Assembly: GCA_951406725.2 (NCBI GenBank)
Contig: OX597814.1
Span: 37,324,001 to 37,388,000, forward strand
Length of the DNA: 64,000 bases
Reading direction: 5' to 3'
DNA from: Octopus vulgaris
Taxonomy: Eukaryota
Shown here: positions 12,822-26,815 of the stretch, one piece after another
Numbering within the stretch: position 1 is the stretch's first letter
Layout of the letters: each line of letters starts with the position of its first letter
The notes under the pieces: generated by a model
What the model saw: only the letters and a program-made list of their open reading frames with translations
Database searches by the model: none
Told to the model about the DNA's origin: nothing
Translations under genes and position numbers: made by a program

Positions 12822-13481
12822 CTAATGACACAAATTGTAATATAGAAAATTAAATTGAAATCAAATTACAACGTGCAAAACAATTCAAAATTACCAAACA
12901 GTCATAATATAATCTCCTTAAGTATGAAATGAAACAATAAAACCTGAAACAGGATTTATATTTCCGACTTCCAGCTGAGTATCACAAGTATAAAATGATT
13001 CCTTAATATAGTGGCTCTAGGCACAAATATAATTTATAATGAACAATCGCGATTGTTATTTGTAAAATAGATGCAATTTGTTTATTAGCAAAGATGTAAA
13101 CAAGATTGTTATTTATTGAATTGGAGACAACATTACTGTATGAATACATGCAGGGATAATTAAACAAGTAATAACTGAGGTATCACCTTAGTTGGTAAAA
13201 AAAAAACATTAGAAACATACATTTTACGGCAATAAATTTACTTTCTAATCTCAAAATGGAAAGGAGTTTAAGTCGTTTATAATACACACACATATATATA
13301 TGCATAAATATATACTATTTTTTTAAAAGTGTATTGCAAAATATAATGCGTGTATGTGGGCAAGGTTGCTTAATACAAGAGGTAAAATATATGCAATGCT
13401 GGGAAATCGTAGTTTGAATGTAAAGCGAGAAAATTTGTTGTTGCTGTTGTTATTATTATTATCATTACTGTTGTTGTTACT

Positions 13482-13494
13482 ACTAGAACTACTT

Positions 13495-13535
<41 letters not shown>

Positions 13536-13607
13536 GCTACTACTACTACTACTACAACTACTGCTGCTACTACTACTACTACTACTACTACTGCTACAGC
13601 TACTACA

Positions 13608-13677
<70 letters not shown>
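13482..13677. repeat. (CTA)n microsatellite
   Basis: Directly visible. Confidence 0.97.
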
Positions 13678-13679
13678 AC

Positions 13680-15850
13680 ACCTACTTTTGTTGATTTTGT
13701 TTCCAATCCAAGGGGTCTTTTCATTATGTGTTTTTTTTCTGCCCAAATTGTATTTCAAAATTCCTGTATTTCTTCTTTTGATGGGACAGACATTACTGCA
13801 ACTGGTGTTTTTCCTATCTTCCTCTAAAAATGTTTAGGGTTATTTTTCAACACGGTGTCCTTGAAGAATCTAACGTGTTTTTCATACCTTGCTATGCGGC
13901 CAGCTTTAGCACATATATTTTGTTTGATGTTTTCTATGGTGGCATGAAATCAAGTATAGTTTTCATACTATATTTTTTCTTTAAATTTTTTTGTAGGTTT
14001 GATAGCATTGTCAAACTTAAGGTTTTTCAAACATTCTATGTCAGACCTAAGTAGCTTAATTTGTGTTGAATACGCTCTTGCCAAGAAGGCTTTTGTTTCA
14101 ATGTTGTAGATTTCTAATCTTTTCCCCTCATAGAAAAGTTGAGATTTTCTCGGTGGTTGTGATCTGTGATATCAACATCACTAGCTGAAATTATATCCTT
14201 CAGTGTAAGGCGGATGTTGCCAATTACATTGAGGTTTTTTATTTAAAATTGTGAATTTTTGGGAGAGTATCGCGTTCATTGATTCTGGTTTCTTTACTTT
14301 TCAACCATTCAATCATGATTTAATTTTTAGATCATGTAGTTCTTTTGGGTCAATTTCTGTGTGACTTTCTTCATCTCCTTGATTTTCATCTGCCTTAGTG
14401 TTGATGTTTGCTTCAGAGAGTATTTCCCTTTGCCTATCAGTTACATTAACTCTTTCAATCAGTACTGCAGTTTCATCAGCCCTGGGCTGGTCTATAATTA
14501 TTTCCTCTGAAGTATCTTCTTTAGCTGCAGCTTCGTTCTTTTTATCCCTTACTGTTTGTTAAATTTGGTCAATCTCTACTTCAGTTAGTTATTTTTCACA
14601 TAATGTTTCTTCTGATGTTGGCAAGTTTGCTACTGCCTATGTAGGGTCTTATTTCAAGGTGCTTCTATCTCCGGTTTAATGAGGTTTGTACAGTTTTAAA
14701 TTGATTTTGGAGACATATGTGGCATGGAAGAAGGCCGTAAGAACTTCTTTATCATCTAACCTAGACCAGTTCTCATTTATTTTGGTCATTTGCTGTCGTG
14801 CATTTTTAGCTATCTGTTGGAATATTCCTGTCGTGGTGTACTCCCAGCCACTTTGTGTCGGGAAGATTTGAACCAGTAGCTGATTTTTCGACCCGAAATT
14901 GGTTCAGCGTAGCCCTGACCATTCCGGTTTGTATCTTGCTTTGTTGACAGTGAGGCATGACGAGCTTCGACGTTCACATAAGTAGAGGACGGATCTGTAT
15001 GTTTAGGATTAATTTTTTGAGACAACACCGTTTCCGAGATCTCTGCATGTAAACATTGCTCGTAAAGTAACTTCTTAAAGCTAACTGATCTATATCATGT
15101 ACCTGGTCATTTGTGATCCGGTCGACGACTTATCTGGTTTGTATTTTGCTTTGTTATCAGTGAGACATGACGAGCATGGACGTTGATATTAGTCGGCGGA
15201 TTTGTCTGTTTAGGTTAAATTTTTTGAGACAACAACCTCACCGAGTTCTCTGCATGTAAACATTGCTCGTAACGTAGCTTATTAAGGCTGTATTCGTCTG
15301 TATTTGTTTCTGTTGATAGATGTATCTGCAAACATAATTTTTTGTGGTGTTTTTAAACTTATAAATGGTTCACCATGTCTGTGTAAGTTCGAAATATTAA
15401 AATAGAATAGAAAAAAGTGCTGTTTTTATTTTTGCTTCGTTTGTGACACATGTTTTCCTATGCGTGAATTTGTTTCCAGCAAATTTCACGTAGTCGTGTA
15501 AATATTGAGATGTATGTGTAGTCCTGTGGGTATCAAATTGTATATAGGATTGTGTAGACATTCGAGTGGGTAATTACTCGATTTATGTACTTACCCTTTT
15601 GTTCCATTACTATTTTATAATTTGTAAACTTTCCGGTGTTGATTGAGCGTGTGTTTCGCACATACTTCACTGATACATCATGCGAGGAAAAACTGTGCTT
15701 TGTATGGCAGTAAAATTTGTTTTTTTTATTATTTTCGTTAAAAGACCACTTCCTTAATGTATTCCACAGGTTCCTTTATCCAATTGTTAGATTAGATTTG
15801 TTCTTAAATGGGAAGCCCGGTGTAGCACATCCATGTTGTTATTAAGCGCG
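13680..15850 (-). mobile_element. R4/Dong-type LINE, 5' part (degraded ORF N-terminus and 5' UTR)
   Basis: Minus-strand peptides WSRLDDKEVLTAFFHA, LTEVEIDQI, KKPSWQERIQ and VPSKEEIQEFWNTIW are typical of the pre-RT region. Flanked by (CTA)n and (CAT)/(ACT)n. Confidence 0.65.
14924..15290. repeat. Tandem duplication, ~210-bp period
   Basis: GGTTTGTAT.TTGCTTTGTT...CTCTGCATGTAAACATTGCTCGTAA occurs from about 14925 and again from about 15135. Confidence 0.9.
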
Positions 15851-15855
15851 GTGCT

Positions 15856-16004
<149 letters not shown>

Positions 16005-18814
16005 ATGCTGCTGCTGCTATTATTATTGTTATTATTTACAGAGACGTGAAATATTAAAGCAATGAGAAATTGTATATGTTCCCAGAAAACATAAGCGATG
16101 AAACCTCAAGCCGTACCCTACAAGTTCCAACAACGTAAAATGTCAAAATATGTAGGCACCAACAAAACTTTAAATATAACCACGTATATTACCGACTCAA
16201 TCGTTAATATCATTCATGTTATAATGTTAAATAATGAATCTCCACTGAGAATGATACTTTCAAGTCGCTCTGCAATCGTAGTCAGACTGATGTTTAGAAA
16301 GACTTTCCATTTTCTCGAATTTAGAAGCGAATGCCATAGATGACTTTTTCAGTATCAGGAATATCGTGGATAGCATCAAGGAATGAAAAATTTAAAAGAA
16401 GGTTGAAATATTCTTGTATTCTAAAGCTCAGAAAATTCTTGGAAGGTGAATATTATAAGTTGTATCTAGGATCAATCTCTCTCTCTTTCTCTCTCTCTAA
16501 CCGCTTGCGCTTTCTTTTGCTTTAAAACACTATGACTCCAAGCTGCGAGATCTGTTGTTGCATTTTTATCTTGAAATCTTGTCTGAAACCACCGAAATAT
16601 GAATTAGTACAATTTATATTGGCATCCAAAACACCTAACTGAAATAGTAGTGAGTACAATACAAAATATCGATTCGTAGTCATAAATGTCATAGGACAAA
16701 TATGTTAGTGTGCAGTTTCATAACGTATTGAATACCGATATTGATTTCTATCCTAAGCACAAAAACCTTTTCGAAGAACATGTCCGTGCAGCCAATTTGT
16801 TTTAAATCCATAATTTTACTATTGGATATTTTATCGACCAAGGAAAGGTGAATAGGAAGGTAAAATCGTCTTCAGTTACTTCTTGATCTCCGATGCATAT
16901 AGACTGAGACTAAGTAATCTTTAATGCATTTAGCCGGGTGTTGAGGCGGTTCTACAACCTAGTAATGTTCAACTCTTCTAATTCAGTTCGACAATTATTA
17001 TTTTGAGGTGAGGCACAATGTTAGAAAGACAAAATTGCAGCCTGTAGGGAATTAGTCGCCTACATAAATTGAAGCGTTGTATATGGTTAGTTACAATGTA
17101 TTACAAGGACATCCAAATGAATTGTCGTATGTTGATCATTGTTCTACAGCCCTCATTCTGAACAACCATCCACCATTCACCACTTTAGCATTCATACAGA
17201 TAAGCAACCTCATCTTATATATATTACATATGTGTGTGTGTATGTCAGTGTGTGTGTGTATATATACATCGAGCGATAAAGCCCATGCAATAGATAGATG
17301 TGAAATCCAAACGACGGTTGAATATATTGTATAATGTTAGAACTTATTTCACTATAACTACTTAAATTGTGGGTTGGATTTAGCTGGATAGATTTTACAC
17401 ACAATCTGTTCTGATAGTATCAATCTGAAGCTAAGCAAATGTAACCGAGAAAGCTGCAACATCTCAATGTTAATATGTTAGCAAATGTTGGGCGAGAATA
17501 AGATTGTTTTCTCAATGCAGATTTTATACCATTATGTGTAAGACTACATGGGACTGTTAAAATAGAGAATAGTAATCTGACCATGAAGGAAAGCAAATGA
17601 TAGATCCCATAAATGAGTGCAGATTTTAGTGTAAATTTTTAATATTATTGTTGTTTGCGACAAAGTATCGTCAGTAAGAGAGCTCGGACAAGAATCGGAT
17701 AAGTTTACGTTCAAATGATAAAAATAAACGTTGTGAACAAAGTGCTATCATATAAGAATAAGCATCAATGCAGTTAAAGTTTTATCAGAAATTAGTGTTT
17801 GCGTCGGATATTTTATAAAACTTCGAAAATAATAGTCACCAATGTCTCTGAGATCTAACTGCTGCTTTTCAAATATGTGACATCTGCGAATACGTAAATA
17901 AATGGAAAGACGTATTTAAAATTTAAATATGAACTTTGCAGACAAAATAAAATCCAGACATTTACATGAACATTGACACTGAAACATTATCAAACAAATG
18001 GATGCTTATTATTTACGTTTTTATGCAGACGAAGTAAATCACATAAAATTCACGACGAGGTGATTTCAAAATAAAGACGGAGTAAGAGAATCAGATGGCA
18101 ATAAGTTTATGTTTGACATGTAGTTAATGAGGGACATAATGAAATGTAATTTGATTAATATATTTAATTGAATATGATTGTATTCCATTGTAGCGTGGAA
18201 AAGATATTGCAGCTATTTCTCTTATAAATCATTCACTGAAGTTAATAGTTTTTATGTGCAGAAAATTGCTAAATAGGGTCTTCTCTGCTGTATTGTTTTT
18301 TTTTTTCCTTTCAGCATACGTTCTCATATCCTCATATCAAATCATGTGCCAATTAATTGCAACTCTGAACTACTATATTATACAGGAGAATAAATCGAAT
18401 TGTATAATACTATTTTACCAAAATTTAGATGGCTATATGTTTCTGAAATAACATGCACTGAAATATATAGTAACACATGTATCAAACAATCATTGAAAAG
18501 AATATTACAGCAAGTGCTTAATATATAAATCATTATACAAATATATAAGCACCCTCTTGATCATGATACTAGGTCCATGAATCCAGTGGAACTGTGCAAG
18601 TTTGAGGGCTCAATTGAAACAATGTGGTCTCTTATAATTACAATGTCGTCAGCATAGTAATGAACGGGATAACATTTATATGAGAATAAGTTCTTTCTGA
18701 ACACACTAAAGTTGCAAATGTCATAATAGTAACGGGAAAATGAACGTCAGGCAAAAACAGGTTTTATATCTTAGTCTAAGAAACGTTCTTCTGAAAGTAA
18801 TGAGCCTTACATAC

Positions 18815-18924
18815 CATGCTTCATCAGTTTTAGTCTCACCGAATATGGTGAATGTATTTGACAGATAATGTCTAAATTGACTGAAGTCAGTACGGTGACC
18901 TTCCCAGTTATCTTTAAGGATACA
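18815..18924 (-). pseudogene. REJ-module-like exon
   Basis: gttgcag|...|gtatgt, 110 nt, open frame VSLKITGKVTVLTSVNLDIICQIHSPYSVRLKLMKH. Confidence 0.4.
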
Positions 18925-19559
18925 CTGCAACTTTTAATTCAGTATAATTATCAAAACGTTGTTTCGGATACCTCTTACATATTCTTTCTTGTTCGATGTT
19001 TTATTTATATTAAAAACGTCAACGTCCGGTGTTACTGTTGTATTTTGGCAGGGCCATTACACAAATAAAACAAAAAATTCCACTGGTCCAATTTAATTAC
19101 TTTATTATCCTTTATCAACTGGGTGGTTATATTATTAAATAAGCTATCGACTGCTTGAGTAATCGTTCAGTTAATCAACCACATAATCGATTAGTTTTTT
19201 TCGCTTAATATCTAAACAGTTGAATTATAATTAAGAAGAAAAAATGAAGTGAAGCAGTATTTTAATGGTGCAATGACCCTCCTCAGATATAATAAATTCT
19301 GTTAAACAATCGAGTTCACATCAAGAATACAAAAACGAAATACGTTGGAATGTATAATTTAATATTTGCTTTTAAACGCAATGCTACATATTATTCTACT
19401 TTATACTCGAGCATACAACATGCAAACTCGGTAGGTTTTCAGGCACCTAATTGCTTACCTATGAATCGCTATGTCAGTATATTTATATATGCTTGTTTGC
19501 ATGCACGTAATATATGTACGCATCAATCAATCAATCAATGAATCAGTCTAGCGAATGTT

Positions 19560-19952
19560 TAAAAAAAAGATGGGTAAATGTAGCAAGGATGGCAGGTATG
19601 AATGACGAAGCCACCTTGAGCATGATCCTATGAACCCGGAAAAGTTTAAAACAGAGGGTTACTTACTTGCAAATAAATGTGTTAACATGTGACATTATCG
19701 ACTGAGATTATCGTGATCTTTTCCGTAGGCTTTTCTTTCCACGGATAAACCTTACCTGATTCCCCCTTTACACTTTACATCATGACATTTGTGTGATACA
19801 CGATCCCTATTGATTTTCTTTTCTTTCTTTTCTTTCCTTTTTACGATCCCGTTTGATCGAAAACCTACCCGCCTATTTTTCTCCCCCAAAAGAAAATCTC
19901 TACCTTGTAATTTGTCCCGTCTGAGTTCAGCCCTGTGTGGCTAATAAAGAAA
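19560..19952 (+). mobile_element. L1/Tx1-type LINE 3' end (ORF2 C-terminus and 3' UTR)
   Basis: KRWVNVARMAGMNDEATLSMIL* matches VNVARMARVN at ~25220; tail TTGTCCCGTCTGAGTTCAGCCCTGTGTGGCTAATAAAGAAA. Confidence 0.7.
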
Positions 19953-21089
19953 CATATCTATAGTTGTACTTATATATACATACATATATATATATATATA
20001 CGTATATATACATATATAAACTTATAAATACATATATGTATTCATATATACATACATGCATAACAGGTGATCAAGGTGATACAAACATACACACAAACAT
20101 AGACACAAGAATACACACACACACACGCACATATTTATATGTGTGTATCCGTATGTGTGCACGTTCCTCGTTATATATATTTGGGCTGATATTGATATTT
20201 TTATCTTCATCAGTTTTCGTCATTTCTTTGCAAGTTTGATCACTGCAAATTTAACCTCTTGGTCGAAAAGATACTTCGACTCTGAGATATGCAGCGATTG
20301 AGACACTACATTTGATTTCCCCAGGTGTGAAATCCTAGACAACAACTTAACTGAACGATTGTGACCTTATTCTCGAAGCAAATTGGATTAGCTGATATTA
20401 GACAACTTCTTTGTTTCCTTTAAATTTAGTCACTCGCAGAGGAAATCTTTGTCAGATTCAGCGGGAGGTTTTTCAAGTAATTGTTATATTTTATAAGCAG
20501 TGTGATACACACATGACCAAGTACATTCTCACAGACATATTTTCGTTTATATAATGTAAAATGTCTGCGAATGTTATGCTAAGGTCGAATACACCTGTAC
20601 AGAAATTAAAATATTCTAAAAGTACATCTTCCATAAAATATTCATTGAGAACATTCAGCTGAACAGCAATTTATTAAACCGTCAACACTCCCTTATACAA
20701 AATTTATGTTTATTTCACAGAAGAAAATACAGAGTAACAGAGAAGAATTTTTACCAAATAATCATTTGAAATATCTTGAAAGTAAGTTTAGAACTGTTCT
20801 TTCTATATATAGGTCATTCTTTGAAATAATGCATTTCCAGACCCTTCAAGATTCACTGGCAAATATTCTAAACAAGTAAGCGAGAAGAGTATTTCACAGG
20901 TTGTGCGACATGTGAAAAATATTTCATTGTATTTCACGACAGCAAGAATAGAAAATCTGATTAGCTGCAGTTTTAAAGAGATCTCTTTATGATCCATAAC
21001 ACAAATTCTCTATATGCATTACATACACTAATGTTTTACTGTGATTGTGGTAATCTGCGCTGTTGTTGATGCTACGTTTTCATGCCCCA

Positions 21090-21175
21090 TCCCGTCGAAG
21101 TCGACTATGTTGGCATCCTTTGGAGTCGATAAAATAAGTATCAGTGAAACACTGAAGTCCATCTCTCCCACTTAC
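21090..21175 (+). mobile_element. SINE core fragment
   Basis: GTCGAC...CATCCTTTGGAGTCGATAAAATAAGTATCAGT matches the core of the 434-645 family. Confidence 0.7.
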
Positions 21176-22014
21176 CATTGCTATTATAAATAATTTTCTA
21201 CTAGAAATTTATAGCTCACACCATGTCGAATGCAAAAGGAAAAAAAATATGAATATCTAGGTATATATATATTTGGAATGGTTGATCCTCTCAATTTCGA
21301 TACCATATGACAAAGGCAAGAAATTCTGTCTTCTCTGCAATTCGGAGCTATTTTTCATTATTTTTTCTAAAATTACTCTAGTAAACACGGTCATAGAACG
21401 AGCATACAGATGTAAGCATTGGCAAAAACATACTTTTAGTGCATATAAGTAGTCTCTATCATTTTATATAGTTTAGACTTTAATTTCCTTTATATTTAAC
21501 ATTCACTATTAATATCCCTACTCTTTCTGTTAGCTACTTATGACGTTATATCATATAACGTTTTTTTAAACAATATTAATAGCGTTCTGTCTATCGCTAT
21601 ACGAATCCATCATTTTTTGCTAAAATGTCGTATTGACAAGTTTCGTTTTTTTCCCTTTCCCGAAGAGAATATTGCATTGTTTATACCTTTTATTCTTTTG
21701 AATAAGTATCAGTGGAATTTTTGAAACATATGTAGAAAGAAAAAATACTTGTTTAAACCTGCGTTAACTCCATTTTTTATTCCTATTATTCAAATATTCA
21801 ACGTAAACACGAAGTTTCAACCTTTATAAACAAGGAGTTACAACATCTTTACTTGTGAGATTTTTGCTGTCCTGGTAACTATTCATTCATTTATCCGTGT
21901 TAAATGTTAACAAGGTAAAATACACTCATCTATATATATATATATATAAAAACTTAGATAAGCTTAAATATGTTTCAACCAAAGATTGGCCCAGGCCATG
22001 TCTAACTTAATAGC

Positions 22015-22080
<66 letters not shown>

Positions 22081-23589
22081 GTATTTATACATATATAAAT
22101 ACATGCTTACTAGGTGGTCAAGGTGCTCTAAATTTGCTCGATATTTTGAAACAACAGATTGCATTTCACAATTTTACATTGGGACTTTTCGACAAAACAA
22201 GGGATTGTTTTATATGCCAATGTACTCATTCCAGGGTAAATGGAAGGCGAAAATGTCTTCTATCTTGGCATTTGCTCGTGCAAAAGATTACATTAAAAAA
22301 CTAAACCAAATTTGAAATCTGTATCGGTTAACACACAATCACAGAAAGTGAAAAAATTCAACATTCCAATGGAAAAATCAAACATGAAGAACACTTTTAA
22401 CGAGAACAAAATCAACTACTACAACAACAATAAACAACATTATGCATAAAATTATCACGTCATGCGTAAATAGGAATAACAGAATCTGTCATTCTTAAAT
22501 GTTCTTCCAAGCAAGAAACTCTCAACATGGAACATAATCTTGGAAGATTACAGCCATAGGAACATTTTGTATATACGATAGGGATATCCGTACAAAAGCT
22601 GCTATAACAGCTCTAAGATAAAGAAAATAACCTACTTGTTTGTTAAAGGTAAATTTGCTTTTCTTACTCAATCAAAGCATCTATTGGAAACAGCCCCCAC
22701 AAATATGTTTAGAGAAATTGCTTTCACTTTGTGAGTGAATGTGAGAGGGAATGCATATGTTTCATATTTCAATCCTAGGCAGAAACGCAGGTCCAAATAA
22801 TATGGGACATACATTCGTGCAGTCTTTACATACAGTATTTGTTAAAGAGGAGTAAAGCTGTCATATCACGCATGTGTGCGATTGTGTTGAGCCTATGACC
22901 AATGACCAAATTCCTGACAAAATATGGGCTAAAATTTCGGATGAAACATTTTTATAGTATAAATATGGATCAGGTCGTTATGGTCATATCGTTTCATATT
23001 TTACTGCAACATAAAATAACTCATGAACTCCTCCTTTGTAGAGGTTGCTGATGAGAAGAATTCAAAACTCATTATTCGATTTGCATGATCCAACTTCAGA
23101 TCTGTTAGCACTGTAATAACGTTTGTCTAATGCAATCGTGAACGTAGTATTGTGAGCAAAAGACACATAAAGGCTGTGAATCTTGAATCTATACTGGCTT
23201 GTTATTTGCAGCTAAAAACATAACGCTAAAACCAACTTTATATATATAACCCTAAAGCTAGAATTGTCGAAAGAAGGTCACTAAAATAAGAATAATATAA
23301 AGTATTTATCGAACAAATATTTGTGCCGTCTTATTCAGATATGAGGACAGGGAAGAGACGGTGGTTGAAAGTGATGAGCAGTCTGTATTAAATTTCAAAC
23401 AAAAACACCCATATCAGAAATACAAATATATGTGAGGCAAGTTTCATTTCCTGTGAAAAAGAGTTACTCTCTCGTGAGAAAAAACCTCTTTCCTTCTGAA
23501 TCAATCAATAGCTATTCGCCAGGATAAGAAATCTCTAATGATAAACATAAATTATATTCAAGCGATATCTGAGATTAGACGTGATTTTG

Positions 23590-23760
23590 TTAATTGAATA
23601 CCAGCAAACTATAGCGTTTCCAAAATTTGATACCGTGACCACAATAGATCATGAAGTCCCAAAATATCTTTACTCTGTCCTTTTCTACCTACTTTTTCGC
23701 CATATCATTCCTAACCACGCAGGAAACAATTCTGGTGACATTTTCACACTTTCCCTTATA
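23590..23760 (-). mobile_element. R4/Dong-type LINE fragment (start of endonuclease region)
   Basis: EKDRVKIFWDFMIYCGHGI resembles EN..KILWDF.IQ.DH.I; lies next to the (TAC)n tract. Confidence 0.55.
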
Positions 23761-23792
23761 TTCTCTTGAATTCATTTTGCTATTATTACTTT

Positions 23793-23870
<78 letters not shown>

Positions 23871-23910
23871 GAGGAGGAGGAGGAGGAGGAGGAGGAGGAG
23901 AAGGAGGATG
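23793..23910. repeat. (GTA)n-(GGA)n microsatellite
   Basis: Directly visible. Confidence 0.97.
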
Positions 23911-24861
23911 ATGAAGAAGATGAGGAGTAGGAGGAGGACAAGGGGGGAGTAGGAGTAGTAGTAGTAGAGGAGGAGGATAAGGGGGAGTAGGATCAGGACG
24001 GGCAAAAGTAAGTGGATCAGGAGTAGGGGGAACAGGGGAGGAACATTGTGATTGCTGTTTTTAAGGTGGAGAATCTTTAGCAATTCGACCAAAATTCTAA
24101 ACGGCACATTTTACGAAACCAAGTTTAACCGACGTCTAGTTTCATTCCATTATTTTGGTGGCGCTAAATTGACCATTGATGTCGATGCAATAAGTTAATC
24201 ATTTTCCTTGTACCAAAATTTTTAAAGAATGCTATTGATATTTCACTGATAGAAGGACAATGAAAATTGCTATGATTGTAAATGATAGCAATACATAGGT
24301 AAAAATATTTAGACATTTAAATTTCCTGCTTTATATCACATTAGTGTAAAATTATACCTTCAATATTCAGCAGCTGATAATGTCGTTTAATTACATTGTG
24401 TATTGATATAAATATCATGGACTATACACACACTGCTGTTTTTGCATGAGTAAATATTTAACAAAAAAAAATATATATATAACCACAAATACATTTTAAA
24501 TACTCTTCCACTTATATTTGACTATGTATTTTCGAATGAGCGGATTATTTCCCGTATTATAACACAAGATAAACAAGCAAGAAATTCAATATAGCCTTTG
24601 GATATTATCCTGAATTAGTTTCTAATATATATGCCAGTAGCAACGTACAGTTTATTTTCGGTAACTTGAATTCTTACTTTAATTCTTATATATAATGTCA
24701 ATTTTCTAAAATACATATAATTCTCCAAATTACTTTTTATTGTATAATAAATAAGCAAATGAATAAAGTTTAAAAAACTCATTCTTATACTTTCATTTAA
24801 TATTGTACAATAGGATTGTATTAGACAATGTTAGCACTCAGTTTTATTATTGTTAACTCTG

Positions 24862-24906
<45 letters not shown>

Positions 24907-24994
24907 ACATTCTCCTCCTATTCACCTTCATCATCGCTCTTTCTTTCTTTCTTTCTTTCTTTCTTTCCCTCTTTCTTTCTTTCTTTCTTTCTTC

Positions 24995-25500
24995 TTATCG
25001 TCAAGATTACCCCGCCTCCTTCCTTTGGCTGGGAAGGAGTAGTTTTTTCTTTGTCTGGTGATAATGATGAAAGAGGTGATATGGTAGATGCGATTGAAAG
25101 GGCTGAAGATAGGTTCCTTCCTCTTTGGCCAAGGCCTCATTGACTTTTTCAGGTTCCACCTGAAAAGCAAAGTAAGACTGGAGAGGTAGATCTTATCAAC
25201 CAGTAAGTTTGTCCAAATGTCGGTGAATGTAGCAAGGATGGCCCGTGTGAATAGGCCTAATAAATATGTGCGCCTGTAGGCCGGATGGGGTGAGGAGGAG
25301 TGAGGTGTCTTACCAGAGATGCTTTAGTCTTAGGAGTCCAAAGGGGGTGAGATAGCTTTGGTAACCTCTCCATGGCTCACCTCCCTGTTGGTGAAACATA
25401 CTGTTGGGTAATTTTCCTTGTAAATTGTTGTGTTTTGCTGTTTACACGTATAAACTCACTGTTCCACGTCTGTGTATTGTCCATTATGTTTTCTAGTAAG
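24995..25500 (+). mobile_element. L1/Tx1-type LINE 3' fragment
   Basis: IVKITPPPSFG / LCLVIMMKEVIW*MRLKGLK...FFRFHLKSKVRLER...VNVARMARVN; begins right after a (TTTC)n tract. Confidence 0.7.
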
Positions 25501-25705
25501 GAAGCGAGCTGGTAGAAGCGTTAGTACTCCGGGCGAAATACTTAGCGGCCTTCCGTCTGTCTTTAAGTTTTGAGTCCAAATTCCGCTGAGGTTGACTTTA
25601 CTTTTCATCCTTTCGGGGTCGATAAATTAAGTACCAGTTGCGTACTGAGGTTGATCTAATCGACTGGCCCCCTTCCCCAAAATGTCAGCCCTTGGAAAAA
25701 TGTCA
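25501..25705 (+). mobile_element. tRNA-derived SINE
   Basis: GCGAGCTGGTAGAAGCGTTAG...TTTCATCCTTTCGGGGTCGATAAATTAAGTACCAG. Confidence 0.88.
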
Positions 25706-25819
25706 AGGCATCATCATCATCATCATCATCATCATTATCATTATTATTATTACTATTATTATTATTATTATTAATATTATTGTTATTGTTATTATTATTA
25801 TTATTATTATTATTTCTTC

Positions 25820-25859
<40 letters not shown>

Positions 25860-25860
<1 letters not shown>

Positions 25861-26509
25861 TTTATATGTTTGACTTTTGCTTTATATTTGTACAAGTTGG
25901 CTCCAAGTCTCACCCAGAGACCTCAAGAGACAACAGGTTGGAAATTCATGTTGTTGTTATGCCTAGTGTGCCATATATTTGTTGTTTTTTTGGGGGGTGT
26001 TGTCCTAGTGAATGTCTAAAAAAAAAAGAAAAAAACGAAAATTATATTTGTTTTAAACCTTGAGATTACATAGAAAGTATTTTGCGTAGGATATGAGCAG
26101 TTCCCATGAGCACTACCTTTTGAATTTCTGCCATATTTGGGTTTCCTGGTATATAAGTTAGGTAGCAATCAGCCCCTTTTGCTATCATTCCCAGGAGACC
26201 TATGACAACAGGTATTGTTTTAATTTTCAGGTTCCACATTTTGCTGATTTTTATTTCAAGATCTTTATATTTGCTCAGTTTTTGGTAGGTCTTGACAGAT
26301 ACGTTTATATCGATTGGGACAGTCATATCAATGAGGAGGCATGTTCTTTGTCTGACGTCTTTCAATATGATGTCTGGCCTATTTGCATCTATCTTTCTGT
26401 CAGTTTGAATGGTAAAGTTCAAGAGGAGTGCGATGAGGTCATTTTCAAGCACTGGAAGTGGTTTGTGTTCCCACCAGTTTTTTCATGGGACAAATCCAGG
26501 TTTTTGCAA

Positions 26510-26510
<1 letters not shown>
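25860..26510 (-). mobile_element. R4/Dong-type LINE 3' end with restriction-like endonuclease, inserted in (TAA)n
   Basis: ORF 26066-26452 has NRPDIIL...LIDMTVP...KLSKYKDL...PVVIGLLG...GTAHILRK; (TAA)n on both sides. Confidence 0.92.
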
Positions 26511-26573
<63 letters not shown>

Positions 26574-26585
26574 TTATTATTATTA

Positions 26586-26618
<33 letters not shown>

Positions 26619-26619
<1 letters not shown>

Positions 26620-26815
26620 GGCAGTGAGCTGCCAGAATCGTTAGCATTCCATGCAAAATGCTTAGAGCCATTTCAGCCGTTCGAATTCCACTGAGGTCGA
26701 CTTTACCTTTCGTTCTTCTGAGGTGGATAAAGTAAGCACCAGTTGAGTGCACGGGTCTATATAATCGACTTGTTCCCTCCTCCAAACTTTCAGGCGTTGT
26801 GCATTAGAAAAATGA
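26619..26815 (+). mobile_element. tRNA-derived SINE
   Basis: GGCAGTGAGCTGCCAGAATCGTTAGC...GAGGTCGACTTTACCTTTCG; lies within (TTA)n. Confidence 0.85.

Noticed and set aside
22113-22235. Plus-strand exon candidate (tag|GTGG...CAGG|gtaaat)
   Set aside because: No recognisable product and no partner exons found.
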